This document shows positions 31,301 through 44,187 of a stretch of DNA of 64,000 nt, piece by piece. The notes beneath the pieces are model-generated. The model saw only the letters and a list, made by a program, of their open reading frames with translations, was not told the DNA's origin and ran no database searches. The first letter of the stretch is position 1; every line of letters begins with the position of its first letter. Made by a program: the position numbers and the translations under genes. The DNA is from Mantamonas sphyraenae STR306. Taxonomy: Eukaryota > Protista > CRuMs. The DNA lies in assembly GCA_026936335.1 (NCBI GenBank), contig JAPMXV010000022.1:1-64000 (forward strand), written 5' to 3'.

Positions 31301-34300
31301 AGGCACTGGCCTCGCTGGAGGATGCCAAGGCCAAGAGTGAATCGAGTGAAGGGGAGCTTTCTAAGCGCATGGACGAGATGCGGGAACAGCTCGGAGCGAA
31401 GGAGAAGGAAGCCGCAGAGCTGTCGCAGCAGCTGGAGAAGGCAAACGCCGATGCTGGCAAGCAGGCTGAGGGCAAGGAGAAGGAGATTGCAGCTCTGAAG
31501 CAACAGCTTGAGAAGGCAAACGCCGATGCTGGCAAGCATGCTGAGGGCAAGGAGAAGGAGATTGCAGCTCTGAAGCAGCAGCTGGAGAAGGCAAACGCCG
31601 ATGCTGGCAAGCAGGCCGAGGGCAAGGAGAAGGAGATTGCGGCTCTGAAGCAACAGCTGGAGAAGGCAAACGCCGATGCTGGCAAGCAGGCCGAGGGCAA
31701 GGAGAAGGAGATTGCGGCTCTGAAGCAGCAGCTGGAGAAGGCAAACGCCGATGCTGAGAAGGTCGCAGAGGCAAACAAGAAAGCAGCGGGAGACCTGCAG
31801 CAGAAGCTGGACCAGGCACTGGCCTCGCTGGAGGATGCCAAGGCCAAGAGTGAATCGAGTGAAGGGGAGCTTTCTAAGCGCATGGACGAGATGCGGGAAC
31901 AGCTCGGAGCGAAGGAGAAGGAAGCCGCAGAGCTGTCGCAGCAGCTGGAGAAGGCCAACACCGATGCTGGCAAGCAGGCTGAGGGCAAGGAGAAGGAGAT
32001 TGCAGCTCTGAAGCAACAGCTGGAGAAGGCAAACGCCGATGCTGGCAAGCAGGCCGAGGGCAAGGAGAAGGAGATTGCAGCTCTGAAGCAGCAGCTGGAG
32101 AAGGCAAACGCCGATGCTGGCAAGCAGGCCGAGGGCAAGGAGAAGGAGATTGCAGCTCTGAAGCAGCAGCTGGAGAAGGCCAACACCGATGCTGGTAAGC
32201 AGGCTGAGGGCAAGGAGAAGGAGATTGCAGCTCTGAAGCAACAGCTGGAGAAGGCAAACGCCGATGCTGGCAAGCAGGCTGAGGGCAAGGAGAAGGAGAT
32301 TGCAGCTCTGAAGCAGCAACTGGAAAAGGCAAACGCCGATCTGAAGGATGCCAAGGCACAAATCGAATCGTCTGGCGAGGCCCTCTCCAAAAAACTGGAG
32401 GAAGCCCGGTCCCAGATCATCAGTTTGCAGAAGCAAATGGATGAAAAGGACCAGGAGAACGTCTCTCTGTCCCAACAGCTGGATCGCAACAGCAAAGAGA
32501 CCGAGCAGATGGAGGATCGCGTCCAAGCCCTCGCTCAAGGTATCAAGAAGGCTCAAGATGCGGCAAACCAAGATGCGAAGCAAAGCCAGGCCAAGCTTGA
32601 TGAAGCCGCAGCGGAGAACGCAAAGCTTGCGGAGCAGCTGAATGCCGCCAACGCCTCGCTGGACAAGCTGAAGCAACAGCTCAGCATGGCGGGCGATGCA
32701 CAAGCAACCCTTGCCGACACCACCACACAGCTGGAGCAGGCCCGTTCCGACCTCAAGCTGGCCAATGTCAACATTGACAAGCTCAACAAGCAATTGGCAG
32801 ACGCAAACGCAGCTCTGGAGGCAGCAAACGCCAAGGCTGATGACTCACAGCAGGCCACCTCAAAGGAACTCGTGCAGTTGCGCCAGCAGAAGCAAGTTCT
32901 GCAGGCCGACCTGGAAGAAGCCAACTTGGAACTGAAACAGGCCAAGGCGGATGCCACCGACTTTGCCCATGAGGCCAAGGAGCAACTTGCACAGTGCCAG
33001 GTGCTGATGAACACTGTCGGGGACCTGGAGGAGCAGCTCGAAAGGGCACACAACACCATCAACGACCTCACACAGGCAGCTACAGCCAACACGACCCAGG
33101 GCAAGCAGGAATCGGCAAACAACGCAGGCAAGGTGAACAACAACAACACCGCTTCCACAGCCGATGCCCAGCAACTGGCCGAACTCACAAAGCAGCGTGA
33201 CACGCTCAACCAAGAGCTTCTCAAGACGAACAACCTGCTGCAGGAGACGGCCGAGGACCTGGACCACGCCAAGGTCAACGGCGAGAAGTATGTCGCACAA
33301 AACAAGCAGCTGCAGGAGGCCAACGATCGACTTTCCTCGGCCAACGCGGCCTTTGAGCAGCAGGTCATCTCGCTCAAGGCCACCAATGCAGACATGTCTG
33401 AGAGTGTGCAGCGTCTGAATGACACTTGCCAACAGCTGCAGACTGACCTGGCCAACGCCCAGCAGAGGCTCAAGAGCCAGGCTGCAGGCGACGACCAGAC
33501 ACGCATCCTGCTTGAGGAGAATGAATCGCTACAGGGCGCTCTGGATAAGGCCAACGACCGCATCGACGCCCTCGAGGCCAAGAGACGCGCTGCAGACAAG
33601 CTGGAGCTGGAGCACAACAAGACCATCAAGGATCTGGAACGCAAGCACAAGAGCGTCACACGTGACCTGAACAGCGTCCGCGAGGATCTCAAGAGTGCCG
33701 AGGAAAGTGTGGCCCAGCTCAGCAAGGAGCTGGAGCAGGAGCGACGACACTCGGACAACCTAGAGAAGGAGAACGAAGCATCCACGGTCGCCCTGGCCAT
33801 GGCCAACAAGGCACTCAAACAGGCTGAGCAGGAACTGTCTGCCCCGCGACGTATGGCTGGCACCATGTCACCCACGACGATGACGACACCGGAACCTGCA
33901 CGCAAGAGTCCCGTGCAAAGTGCTGCGTCTCCCTCGCCCAACCCCAAGGCCACCAAGGAAAGCAGCAGCACGGGTACGACCACTCTGAAGCCCATTGCCA
34001 CCGAATCCACCAAGGCCGACAAGGAGGGCACCGAAACGTCGCCTCGTCGCAGCCCCAGTCCGATCCGACTGAACACCGCCTCTTCGTCCGAGACGACCGC
34101 GGCGGCGGCGGCGGGGGTCAGTCCATCGGCCAGTCCATCGACACGCAAGCCCAAAGTGGACACGGGCGCAAACAAGTCTGTGGCTCAGCTGTCGCAGGAG
34201 CTGGATCTTTCCAACGTGCTGGCCATGCCCGGCATGAGTCCCAAGCGGGCACGCACGGCGTCGACACGCAGCCCTGGAGACAACCGGGACAACGGTAACC

Positions 34301-34878
34301 TGAGCCCGGCGAGTGTCAATGGCAACAACGATGGAACACAGGCGATGCCAAGCCCCGAGTCCAGCGCGGGCTCTGCACCCAAACTGGGTGGTCTCACGAG
34401 GGCAAGGGCCCGTCCCAAGCGCAACGCTGGGCTGAGCAACAACACGGCTCACACAAACAGCAGCAGCAGTAGCGAGGCAGGCGGATCCAGCGCATCGGTG
34501 CCGGCATCGGGCAGCTCGCCATCATCGCGTTCGCCGATGACTCTTACCGGACGGGTTGCTTCCAACGAAGAGTGGCAGAAGCTGCTCAAGGAGAACAACT
34601 CGTTGCGTCAGCGCATCCGATTGCTGGAGCAGCAGGTGCCCAGCACCCCCACCAAGGGTACCAGCAGCAGCAGCAGCAGCAGCACGCCGGGCACCCCGAT
34701 GAACATCCGCCGTGCTCGTCAGCAGGGCCGTGGTGTGTACCCAGAAGTCATCAGTGTACTCATGATTGCCCTGGTGGTCATGACCTACCTCACGTACAGC
34801 TGCTGCCTGGGTGGCAGCTGGTTCAACTGGTCGAGTGGAGACCCGGGACCGATTGAGGGCAAAATTGAGGAGCTGTGA
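28373..34878 (+). CDS. Giant coiled-coil protein with 20-aa tandem repeats and a C-terminal TM anchor (golgin/nesprin-like topology); 2 introns at the 5' end
   Basis: A 2003-aa ORF plus in-phase upstream exons (MSEGESDALEL...; EAELAKVKEE...). TM segment VISVLMIALVVMTYLTY near the C-terminus. Confidence 0.88.
29246..32340 (+). repeat. Coding 60-bp minisatellite (KEKEIAALKQQLEKANADAGKQAEG-type unit) with a 513-bp higher-order repeat
   Basis: Roughly 40-45 near-identical 60-bp units. A distinct cassette recurs at 30725, 31238 and 31751. Confidence 0.97.
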
Positions 34879-35152
34879 ATGGAAGAGTGACGCACGCAAC
34901 ACAATGAAGAAACCAAGCAGCCATTTGGGCCTGGAACAACGAACAAAGAGCGCCACATGCAATGGGAACGTGGCCTTTGTGCTTGCCTCTGTCCAGCAAC
35001 ACCCCACTTGACCGCAACAACCGGGCCCATCCCACCTTCCACAACAACACACCAAGACACACACACACAGAGATCACTCTTCCGTGTGCTCCTCCTGTTC
35101 CTCCTGTTCCCCTCCCTCTCATGTGTCTGTGTCCTGAAAAGAGCTTCAGCAT

Positions 35153-36014
35153 TTACTCCTGCTTCTTCGGGGCGGCGCCAGAGAGCACAGCCTTGCGCTC
35201 AGCCACGCGCTGGGCACGGCGGTCGCGTGCAGCACGCTTGCGCTGACGGCGGGCCTCTGCCTGAGCGGCCAGAGCCTCCTCACGAGCCTTATCCGCCTTG
35301 GACTTGTGGATGTGCTCCATCAGCACACGCTTGTTCTTGAACACGTTACCCTTGCTCTTCACATATGTCTCACGGTACCTGTGCATCCACACAACACGAC
35401 GCATCACACACGACACACACATCCAACGTCAGTCCTCTGCCTCCAAACCACCCTGTTTCCCTCTCCAACCCCACTCAAACCCGCTCCCCACGCGCATGCA
35501 AAAATCATTCCCGCCCTCACCGCCCCTCCCTCCTCAACCTACAGGTGCTTGTCGATCTTGCCAGCCTCACGGTACTTCTTCAGCAGACGGCGCAGCACAC
35601 GCATGCGGCGCATCCACTGCACCTTCTGCGGCAGGCGCGCGTCGCGCGTACCACGACGGCGACCCAGGCCGGTGTGGCGGCCCTTGGCCTTGGCTGCGGC
35701 GTGCGCACGCACGCGAGAACGCGAGTGCATAGCGTTCAGGCGGCGGATGATGTAGCCAGCCTTGTACAGCTTGCGGATGCCCTGGCCTGTGTGTTCGTTA
35801 CGTCACATGATCACGTGTGTACGGTGTGCAAAACTGCGTCAGAAACTCGCCCTCGCGTGAAAATCATGCACAATCCCAAAAGGCCTCTCCACAAAAACGT
35901 ACGCGAGTTGGTCAGAGCAATCTCGTCGATCTCGTTCGGGTCGAGCCAGATCTTCTTCTGACCGCACTTGAGCACGGCAGCTGCAAGACGCTTCTGTTTG
36001 CGGAGGTTGACCAT
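35153..36014 (-). CDS. RPL19: 60S ribosomal protein eL19, copy 1; 2 introns
   Basis: [25 protein letters not shown]; [16 protein letters not shown]; [17 protein letters not shown]. Confidence 0.97.
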
Positions 36015-36941
36015 GGTGACGGGGTGTTTTGTGGTGGTTCACCGGGCGGGCTGCCAAGGAGGGGCAATGACGGACATGGCGGATGTCTGAAGAGGGTGCA
36101 CATGAGGCAAGGGTGCACATGGGCACATGGACGGTGGGTCACAGAGTAAGTGTGAGGAAGCAAGCAACCGCAGCTGAATGAAGGTCGCAGTGGAAGCCAA
36201 CCCAAACACAGCCACAGCCAGTGAGTTTTACGGGCGAGAGACAGAGGCAAACGGGAGGAAGAGGAGTGGAGGCGTGTGGGTGGGAGAGTGTGCACGTGTG
36301 CGAATGTGTGGAGAGTGTGGGTGTGCATGACGGTGGGTGGGAACGGGTCGCATGCGGGACCTGAGCCTGGAGGAGGGAAAACAGGCATGGGAGATGGGAT
36401 GGAGGGATGGAAAGGGCGGAGGAGAAGGGGTATGGAGGAGAAGGAGGGAGGAAGGAGGTGGATTGGGCTGGGGGAGGACGGTGAAAGGAGGTGGAGTGGA
36501 GGGAGAGCGTTCCACGCAAGGAAATCGGCGCAGGGGAGAAAACGGGGGTGTGGAAGGGATTGAAGGGAGATGAAGAGAGTAGAGAGTCGGGAGGAGGTGG
36601 AGAAGAAGGGTGGGCAAAGGGCAAGTGGATGGCGGGAGGAGAGAAGGTGACGGGTGGCGGTGGAAGGGGCCGGGAGGAGAGGAGAGGCGCATGCAAGGAG
36701 CTTGCGATTTTGCGCGGGGCTGGACGCTTGTGAGGGCGTCGGGAGGCGAATGAGGAGACGGTGGTGGATGGAAGGGTGGATGGAGGATGGAAACAGTGGA
36801 GGTGGAGGAGAGGCTGGAGGGTGTTTGTGTGCATGGGTGTGTGGGGAGAGGGGAGAGGGGCTGGAGGGGAGAAAATGGGCGCAAGGTGGGAAGGGTTGTG
36901 AAGCTGACACAGCGAACTGGGGTGTGTGTGTACGCACAGAG

Positions 36942-37388
36942 ATGTCGAACCTTGTTATGACCGATGACTTCCAGCACATGATGCGTATGTTCAGCACGAA
37001 CATCGACGGTCGCCAGAAGATCCCCTACGCTCTGACGTCGATCCCGGGCATTGGACGTCGCTTCTCGTTCCTTGTGTGCAAGAAGGCGGAAGTGGACGTG
37101 ACGCTGCGTGCGGGTGAATTGACCCCGGAGCAGGTGGCCACGATTGAGGACATCATCACAAACCCGCTGGAGCACAAGATCCCGCTGTGGTTCCTGAACC
37201 GTCGCCGCGACTACAAGACTGGCGAGAACACGCAGCACACTGCACAGGGACTGTCGAACGCTCTGCGTGAGGACATTGAGCGCCTCAAGAAGATCAGGGT
37301 GCACCGCGGTCTGCGCCACGCGTGGGGAGTCAAGGTGCGCGGTCAGCACACCAAGACGACGGGTCGCAACGGCCGTGCCCTGAAGTAA
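36942..37388 (+). CDS. RPS18: 40S ribosomal protein uS13 (S18), copy 1
   Basis: [14 protein letters not shown]..., [30 protein letters not shown]. Confidence 0.97.
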   Translation: MSNLVMTDDFQHMMRMFSTNIDGRQKIPYALTSIPGIGRRFSFLVCKKAEVDVTLRAGELTPEQVATIEDIITNPLEHKIPLWFLNRRRDYKTGENTQHTAQGLSNALREDIERLKKIRVHRGLRHAWGVKVRGQHTKTTGRNGRALK

Positions 37389-37513
37389 ATGTAAAGCTCT
37401 GGGTTCTTAGCATGCAATCGTAGTTGAGTGGACGTGTGTGCAAGGGCGATGGATGGGGAACGTGGGAAGAGGGGAGGAATTTGCTCGTTGTTGTTGCAGC
37501 CGCCAGCACACCC

Positions 37514-39349
37514 TCACGATTGGGTGCCCACGGCAGCCAACACCTGTGAAGCAAGGCGCTGCACGCGCTCCGCCTCCTTGCTACTCTCTTTGGCCTGTTG
37601 GAACATTTCGTCGAAGCGGTCTTCGAGCTGCTTCAGGCGCAGCTCGATCGACTGCAGCCTCTCGTCGACAGTCAACTGGTTGCGAGAGTTTTGCACACGC
37701 TTGTAGTTGCGTCGGAACTTGTACACGTGGACCTGGGTCTTGTTGAAGAGACGTGTGCGTTCGACTTCCGTCTTGCACTTGCGCTTGCGGAACACTGTCT
37801 GGATGACAGCGGCCGCGTGGTACTGGTACAGGTTCATCCAACGCTCTTCCGACTCGTACTTCTTGCACAGCTCCTTTTTCCGGTCGAGGGCGAGGTTTGC
37901 TGCAATTGTACCGGTCAACAGAGACATGGTCAGAATACCGGCCACAGCACCAATCATGGCTGCAGCTCGCCCTCGCGGGCTCTCTGGGTACAAGTCACCG
38001 TACCCAATGGTTGTCATGGTGACCATGGAGAACCAGAACGAATTGCCAAGGGAAAAGTCGAGAGAGGCGTTTCGCTCGGTGATGTAGATGTTGAGCGTGC
38101 TGATGACATAGATGGTGCACAAAAAGATGATGGTACCGAGCACAGGACTGCGTGTAAACAACAGCTTGCCTGCAAGCTGCCAGGAGAAGCGCGGGTTGCC
38201 CGTCTCCTCAAGAATCTGCGAGCGCACGATAGCGCGGCGACGCTGGTACACAGGCGACGTGACCTTGATCACACGAGTCACCGTAAAGAGACGCAGCCAC
38301 ATCAAGAGGCCAAAGCGCTCATCGAGCGGTGTAAAGGGAATCGGATGCCAAAAGAGCACGAGGATCTCCAGCAACATGCGTGTGCGATGCTCTGTGGTTC
38401 ATGTGGCGGGCGTGAGGGAATGTCACGGGGGCGGAAAGGACACACATATGGCAGCAGGTGGGAGAGGGTATGGACGGGTGGGGAATGCACGTACGCGGCA
38501 GGGTCCAGATGGTGGCTTCCGCGCCCACGCGATGACGATGCGCGAGGTTGTACTCATGGATGCGGACCTTGTAGTAGTTCACGGTGTAGTAGATGGCCAG
38601 CAGGGTGGTCAATGTGATCATTGGGCCCGTAATGGTCAGCATGAGCTCACGTGCAGCGGACCAAGTGTGTTTGGTGGCATCCCAGGAGAAGATGTTTTCG
38701 ATGAGCATGAGCACAATGCCAAGCATGGCGCAGATGAACTGGCCCATGGCGTTTTGCACGTATTTGTCGTCGAATGTGGTCACTGTGCGAAGCAGTTCCC
38801 TGTCTGTGGAGCTGAAGAGCACACTGTGGGAGGGTTGGAGAGGTGCACTTGGTCAGCCCGCGGGAACGGCCACGCCCAGGCACACATTCTGCACGGTCCA
38901 CATTTCTACAATGTGCACCACGCGGTGGAGATCCACACGAAGAAGCCACACTTACTGTTCTTGGTCGTTGCCCTCGACTGGCTTGTCACGGAACGGGTGA
39001 TATTTGTACTTTGGAATTGAAGCGACAGGCTCGCGCACTTTCTTCAGGGCGTGCTGCGTTGGCCCGGGACACCCATAGGGAGACACGTGTGCACGCGGAC
39101 ACGTGGATAGACACATATCGTCAGTAATTGTGTGCATACAGTGGTGTCACTGCACATAGGGGCACGGGAGGGGTGGGAACGGAAAAAAGGGAAACTCACC
39201 CCGGCAAGGGTGGTGCTCTTGTTCTGGTACTTGCGCCTCAGAGAAGAAAGCTCCCTGCGCAACTGACGCAGTTCTGTCTGCTCTTCCGACTCCGGCTCGG
39301 TATTGCCCTGGCCAAGACCTTCCTGCAGCTCAATCTCCTCGTGGTCCAT
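37514..39349 (-). CDS. SK/KCNN-like potassium channel, multi-exon, paralog A
   Basis: Pore FWFSMVTMTTIGYGDLYP, S4-like LMWLRLF..RV, IQ/CaM-like segment after S6 (AAAVIQTVFR). The 5' exon structure is approximate. Confidence 0.88.
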
Positions 39350-39498
39350 CTCAGCAAAAAGGTTTGTTGCCGGAACGCAGACGCACCCTTGCGTTGTGGC
39401 ATCTTCTGCATGCTTTCACCCCCACCAATGGTGTCATGGTGATAGAAGGTGCATTTTATGGTGTGGCTGCGTGCTCTGGTGAATGCAACTGTTTGCAG

Positions 39499-41534
39499 AT
39501 GTCTGATTCACCGGCGGAAGTTGGTCAGATTCCCGGACCTGTTTCTCCTGGTGCGCTGGAGGACGAGTTTGAGGAGGATGACCTCGTGGGTATCGACGGA
39601 ATGGGTGGAGGGGTAGACGAGGAGGGTGATGACGGCGCGGGCATGGGTGGAAACATGTCGATTGACGCTCGGGCGGCCCTGGATGCGGAGCCGTCACTGA
39701 GCAGAAACTTAAACAAGGCCCTGGACGTCATGTTTGTCGATCAGGGCAACGAAGAGGTGGAGGAAACGAGCGATGACAGTGACGACGACAACAACGACGA
39801 TGAAGGGGATGCTTCGCAGGCAGGAGATGCTGCGGAAGACCAGGACGAAGAGGAATTTGGAGCAGACCTGGACTTTGCCGCTCAGAAGCGCTCGCGCTCA
39901 ATGTTTATCCACCGCCGTGCAGCACGCGGCTCCATCATGCGCAAGTATGGCCAAGAGTCCATCAGCAAGCTATTGTAAGTGAGGCGGCTGAGGGATTGTT
40001 CGGCGAGCAGGGAGGACGATTTTGCAGTTTCGCGCCGGGAGAGGCGCTGGTCGCGCATTCACCTGCGCCTCCCCACGGTGTGCAGAGACATCGCCAGGAG
40101 CAGCCACTGGATGAAAGGCATGCAAAGCGTGTTGACATGGCATTCACAGTACTGACACGGCCAATGGCATACAGCAACATGATCTTTTCCCCCGTCGACC
40201 TGTTGGCTATGCGAACGGTGGTTACGTACGATCGTTCCATCCGCAGGCTGGGCCGAGCACAGGTTGCTTTGGCCACAGTGGGGGTTCTGCTGATGATGCT
40301 GGAGAACTTGGTGACGTGGGACGAGAACACACGCTCGTTTGTGGAGAACGCGGCCGACATCCGCAACGGGTTCCGTCTGTGCATCACCATCACCACTGTG
40401 ATGTTGCTAGGTTGCGTGGTACGCATCTACCAGTACCGCATGATGACATTCCAATCCATGCACTCCATCCGTGTGCAGGGCGAAAACCTGGGGCCCGATT
40501 TTACCGTATTTGAACGTCCCGGCGTTTTGATGCGTCTGCTCGCCGAGCTCGTCGTGCTGGGGTTCCATCCGTTCCCGTATACCGAGATGCACTCGGCATG
40601 GGGCATTCTCATGTGGTTGCGCTTCTATCTGGTGGTGCGTGTGCTGCGCGACAACTCGTACATTTACCAACATCGCAAAGATGTCATCCGCTCGCGTATC
40701 CTCGAGGGATTGGCTGTGCCTCACTTTGACTGGAAGTTGTCGCTTCACCTGCAATTTGATCGCAACCAGCTCTTTGGTACCGCGTGTGCGTTTGCCATCT
40801 TTTATGTCATTTCCTGGTTCAACGTTTACGTGCTCGAGCGCGAAGCAAACGCGGACTTTACCGCCGCAAACACACTGTGGTTCACCATGGTCACCATGAC
40901 GACCATTGGCTACGGTGACATCTCGCCTACGCAACCCGCAAGCCAGGCCGCCGCCATGATCGGCGGAATCGCAGGCATCATCTGTGAATCGTTGCTCACA
41001 GGTACCATTGCCAACCAGCTGATTCTCAACTACCGCCAAGAGGCGTGTGATGCCTATCTGGACTTCACCAACAACGTGGCCGGAACCCAGCACCATGCTG
41101 CCGTTGCTCTCCAGAGTCTCTTCCGCTTCCGTCGCATGGACAAAGACGACCTTTCCATCCGTCCACAACGTCGTGCCATGTTCATCAAGATGGTGCACCA
41201 TTTCGACATGCTGCGCGAGTACACGATGGCGGTGAAAAACTCGCCGCTCGGCAACACCATCGACGACATGCTGATCACACAGCAGAGTATTGTCGGGGAC
41301 ATGGAGACCAACATGAAGCGTCTCATGCGTCTGCACTCCAACAACGTGGCAAACATGAAGGACGCCAGCGACGCATTGGAGCTTGCCTTGTTGAAGCTTG
41401 GCAAGAACCCGGACGACGTCAAGCCCAAGAAGGGCAAGAAGGGCAAGAAGGGCAAGAAGGACAAGAAGGACAAGAAGGGCAAGAAGGAGAAAGGAAGTGG
41501 CGACAACGCAAAGAGCGTGCGTGTGGACGCGTGA
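39499..41534 (+). CDS. SK/KCNN-like potassium channel, paralog B; 1 intron
   Basis: Pore LWFTMVTMTTIGYGDISP, LMWLRFYLVVRV, AAVALQSLFR. An acidic N-terminal exon starts at 39499; intron at ~39975-40086. Confidence 0.88.
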
Positions 41535-41712
41535 CAATGAGCGATGGTCTGACGCGCCATGGCATTCAAGCAAACTCACTCGGCAGGCGAAAACACCCAT
41601 CACGTGTGCACACATCACACACACACACACACACACACAAGCACCGCTCGCAACAAACACACACTCGTAACATAGCAACTCCATTGTTCGAAAACACATC
41701 CACACAATCACA

Positions 41713-42451
41713 ATGAGCTCGTCAATGATTCTTTCGGGAAAGGTGGTCCAAAAAGTGGCCAAGGAATTGCACAACCTGGAACAGAAGCCCATGGAAGGTA
41801 TCTCTGTGTCCTACGACGAAGACGACGTCACAGAAGTGTACGCGACTATTGAAGGACCGAGTAGGTTGCGTTTGCCAGTGCCCAGCGGATGCGAGCAGAG
41901 TGCGGCTGGCTGCGGAAAAACCCGCGCCTTTCGTGAACAACGGTCGTTTTTCTGCCAACTGCAAGGCACCCACCCGTCTTATGCACGCGTGCGCTTGTCT
42001 GTCCACACGCTGCATGCGGCCTAGCGTGTCATACGTAGTTACTGACACATTGGCGTCTGCGTGTGCGTGCACAGTGGATACTCCGTTTGAGGGAGGGCAG
42101 TTCAAGATGAAGTTGACTCTGGGCACGGATTTCCCCTCCGCCCCGCCCAAAGGGTACTTCCTCACCAAGATCTTCCACCCCAACGTCTCTCTTCAGGGCG
42201 AAATCTGTATCAACACCCTCAAGAAGGATTGGAAGCCCGAGCTCGGCCTGTCGCACATCTTTCTGACGGTCAAGTGCTTGCTGATCAACCCCAACCCAGA
42301 GTCCGCACTCAACGAGGAAGCCGGCCGCCTGTTTATGGAAGACTACGACGAGTACAGTCAAGTGGCCAAGCTTTGGACCAGCGTCCATGCGCAGAAGGGC
42401 AGCGACGACAACACCTCCAAGGAGAACGAGACGGACAACCAAGGGAACGAG

Positions 42452-42482
<31 letters not shown>

Positions 42483-42589
42483 ACAGCAGCAGCAGTGTTT
42501 CCACAAAGTCCATCGTCGTCAAGAAGAACAAGAGCAAGAAGGACAAGAAGGACAAGAAGAAGAAGAGCGGCGCCGCAAAGCGCCTCTGA
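41713..42589 (+). CDS. UBE2S: Ubiquitin-conjugating enzyme E2 S; 1 intron
   Basis: [39 protein letters not shown], Lys-rich tail ending KRL. Confidence 0.93.
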
Positions 42590-42812
42590 TTCATCCATCG
42601 GTGAGGTTCCCCGAAATCTCTTATGTGTGCCCATGGCACTTGAATGTGTTGTGCACCTGTGTGCAGCACATCATTCCACAACCACAACAACAATGCACGA
42701 CAATTTCCCACTGATCAGCCAAACAACTCGCAAGAGCTCGTTCCCCATCCATCGCCCTTGCACACACGTCCACTCAACTACGATTGCATGCTAAGAACCC
42801 AGAGCTTTACAT

Positions 42813-43259
42813 TTACTTCAGGGCACGGCCGTTGCGACCCGTCGTCTTGGTGTGCTGACCGCGCACCTTGACTCCCCACGCGTGGCGCAGACCGCGGTGC
42901 ACCCTGATCTTCTTGAGGCGCTCAATGTCCTCACGCAGAGCGTTCGACAGTCCCTGTGCAGTGTGCTGCGTGTTCTCGCCAGTCTTGTAGTCGCGGCGAC
43001 GGTTCAGGAACCACAGCGGGATCTTGTGCTCCAGCGGGTTTGTGATGATGTCCTCAATCGTGGCCACCTGCTCCGGGGTCAATTCACCCGCACGCAGCGT
43101 CACGTCCACTTCCGCCTTCTTGCACACAAGGAACGAGAAGCGACGTCCAATGCCCGGGATCGACGTCAGAGCGTAGGGGATCTTCTGGCGACCGTCGATG
43201 TTCGTGCTGAACATACGCATCATGTGCTGGAAGTCATCGGTCATAACAAGGTTCGACAT
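42813..43259 (-). CDS. RPS18: 40S ribosomal protein uS13 (S18), copy 2
   Basis: Translation identical to copy 1. Confidence 0.97.
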   Translation of the reverse strand: MSNLVMTDDFQHMMRMFSTNIDGRQKIPYALTSIPGIGRRFSFLVCKKAEVDVTLRAGELTPEQVATIEDIITNPLEHKIPLWFLNRRRDYKTGENTQHTAQGLSNALREDIERLKKIRVHRGLRHAWGVKVRGQHTKTTGRNGRALK

Positions 43260-44187
43260 CTCTGTGCGTACACACACACCCCAGTTCGCTGTGTCAGCTT
43301 CACAACCCTTCCCCACCTTGCGCCCATTTTCTCCCCTCCAGCCCCTCTCCCCTCTCCCCACACACCCATGCACACAAACACCCTCCAGTCCTTCCTCCAC
43401 CTCCACTGTTTCCATCCTCCATCCACCCTTCCATCCACCACCGTCTCCTCATTCGCCTCCCGCCGCCCTCGCAAGTCTCCAGCCCCGCGCAAAATCGCAA
43501 GCTCCTTGCATGCGCCTCTCCTCTCCTCCCGGCCCCTTCCACCGCCACCCGTCACCTTCTCTCCTCCCGCCATCCACTTGCCCTTTGCCCACCCTTCTTC
43601 TCCACCTCCTCCCGACTCTCTACTCTCTTCATCTCCCTTCAATCCCTTCCACACCCCCGTTTTCTCCCCTGCGCCGATTTCCTTGCGTGGAACGCTCTCC
43701 CTCCACTCCACCTCCTTTCACCGTCCTCCCCCAGCCCAATCCACCTCCTTCCTCCCTCCTTCTCCTCCATACCCCTCCTCCTCCGCCCTTTCCATCCCTC
43801 CATCCCATCTCCCATCCCTGTTTTCCCTCCTCCAGGCTCGTGTCCCGCATGCGACACGTTCCCACCCACCATCATGCACACCCACACTCTCCACACATTC
43901 GCACACGTGCACACTCTCCCACCCACACGCCTCCACTCCTCTTCCTCCCGTTTGCCTCTGTCTCTCGCCCGTAAAACTCACTGGCTGTGGCTGTGTTTGG
44001 GTTGGCTTCCACTGCGACCTTCATTCAGCTGCGGTTGCTTGCTTCCTCACACTTACTCTGTGACCCACCGTCCATGTGCCCATGTGCACCCTTGCCTCAT
44101 GTGCACCCTCTTCAGACATCCGCCATGTCCGTCATTGCCCCTCCTTGGCAGCCCGCCCGGTGAGCCACCACAAAACACCCCGTCACC

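Larger units (their letters stand above)
34863..37462 (+). repeat. Left arm of a ~2.6-kb inverted repeat (RPL19 + intergenic + RPS18)
   Basis: Near-identical reverse complement of 42739-45344. Confidence 0.95.

Noticed and set aside
29246-32340. Regular 60-bp repeats as a CRISPR array or non-coding satellite; long antisense ORFs over them
   Set aside because: There are no unique spacers, and the repeats are in frame within a coiled-coil CDS. The antisense ORFs are shadows of stop-free repeats.
36066-36090. ATGACG...CTGA as a box C/D snoRNA
   Set aside because: The boxes are too close together, the C box is imperfect, and there is no terminal stem.
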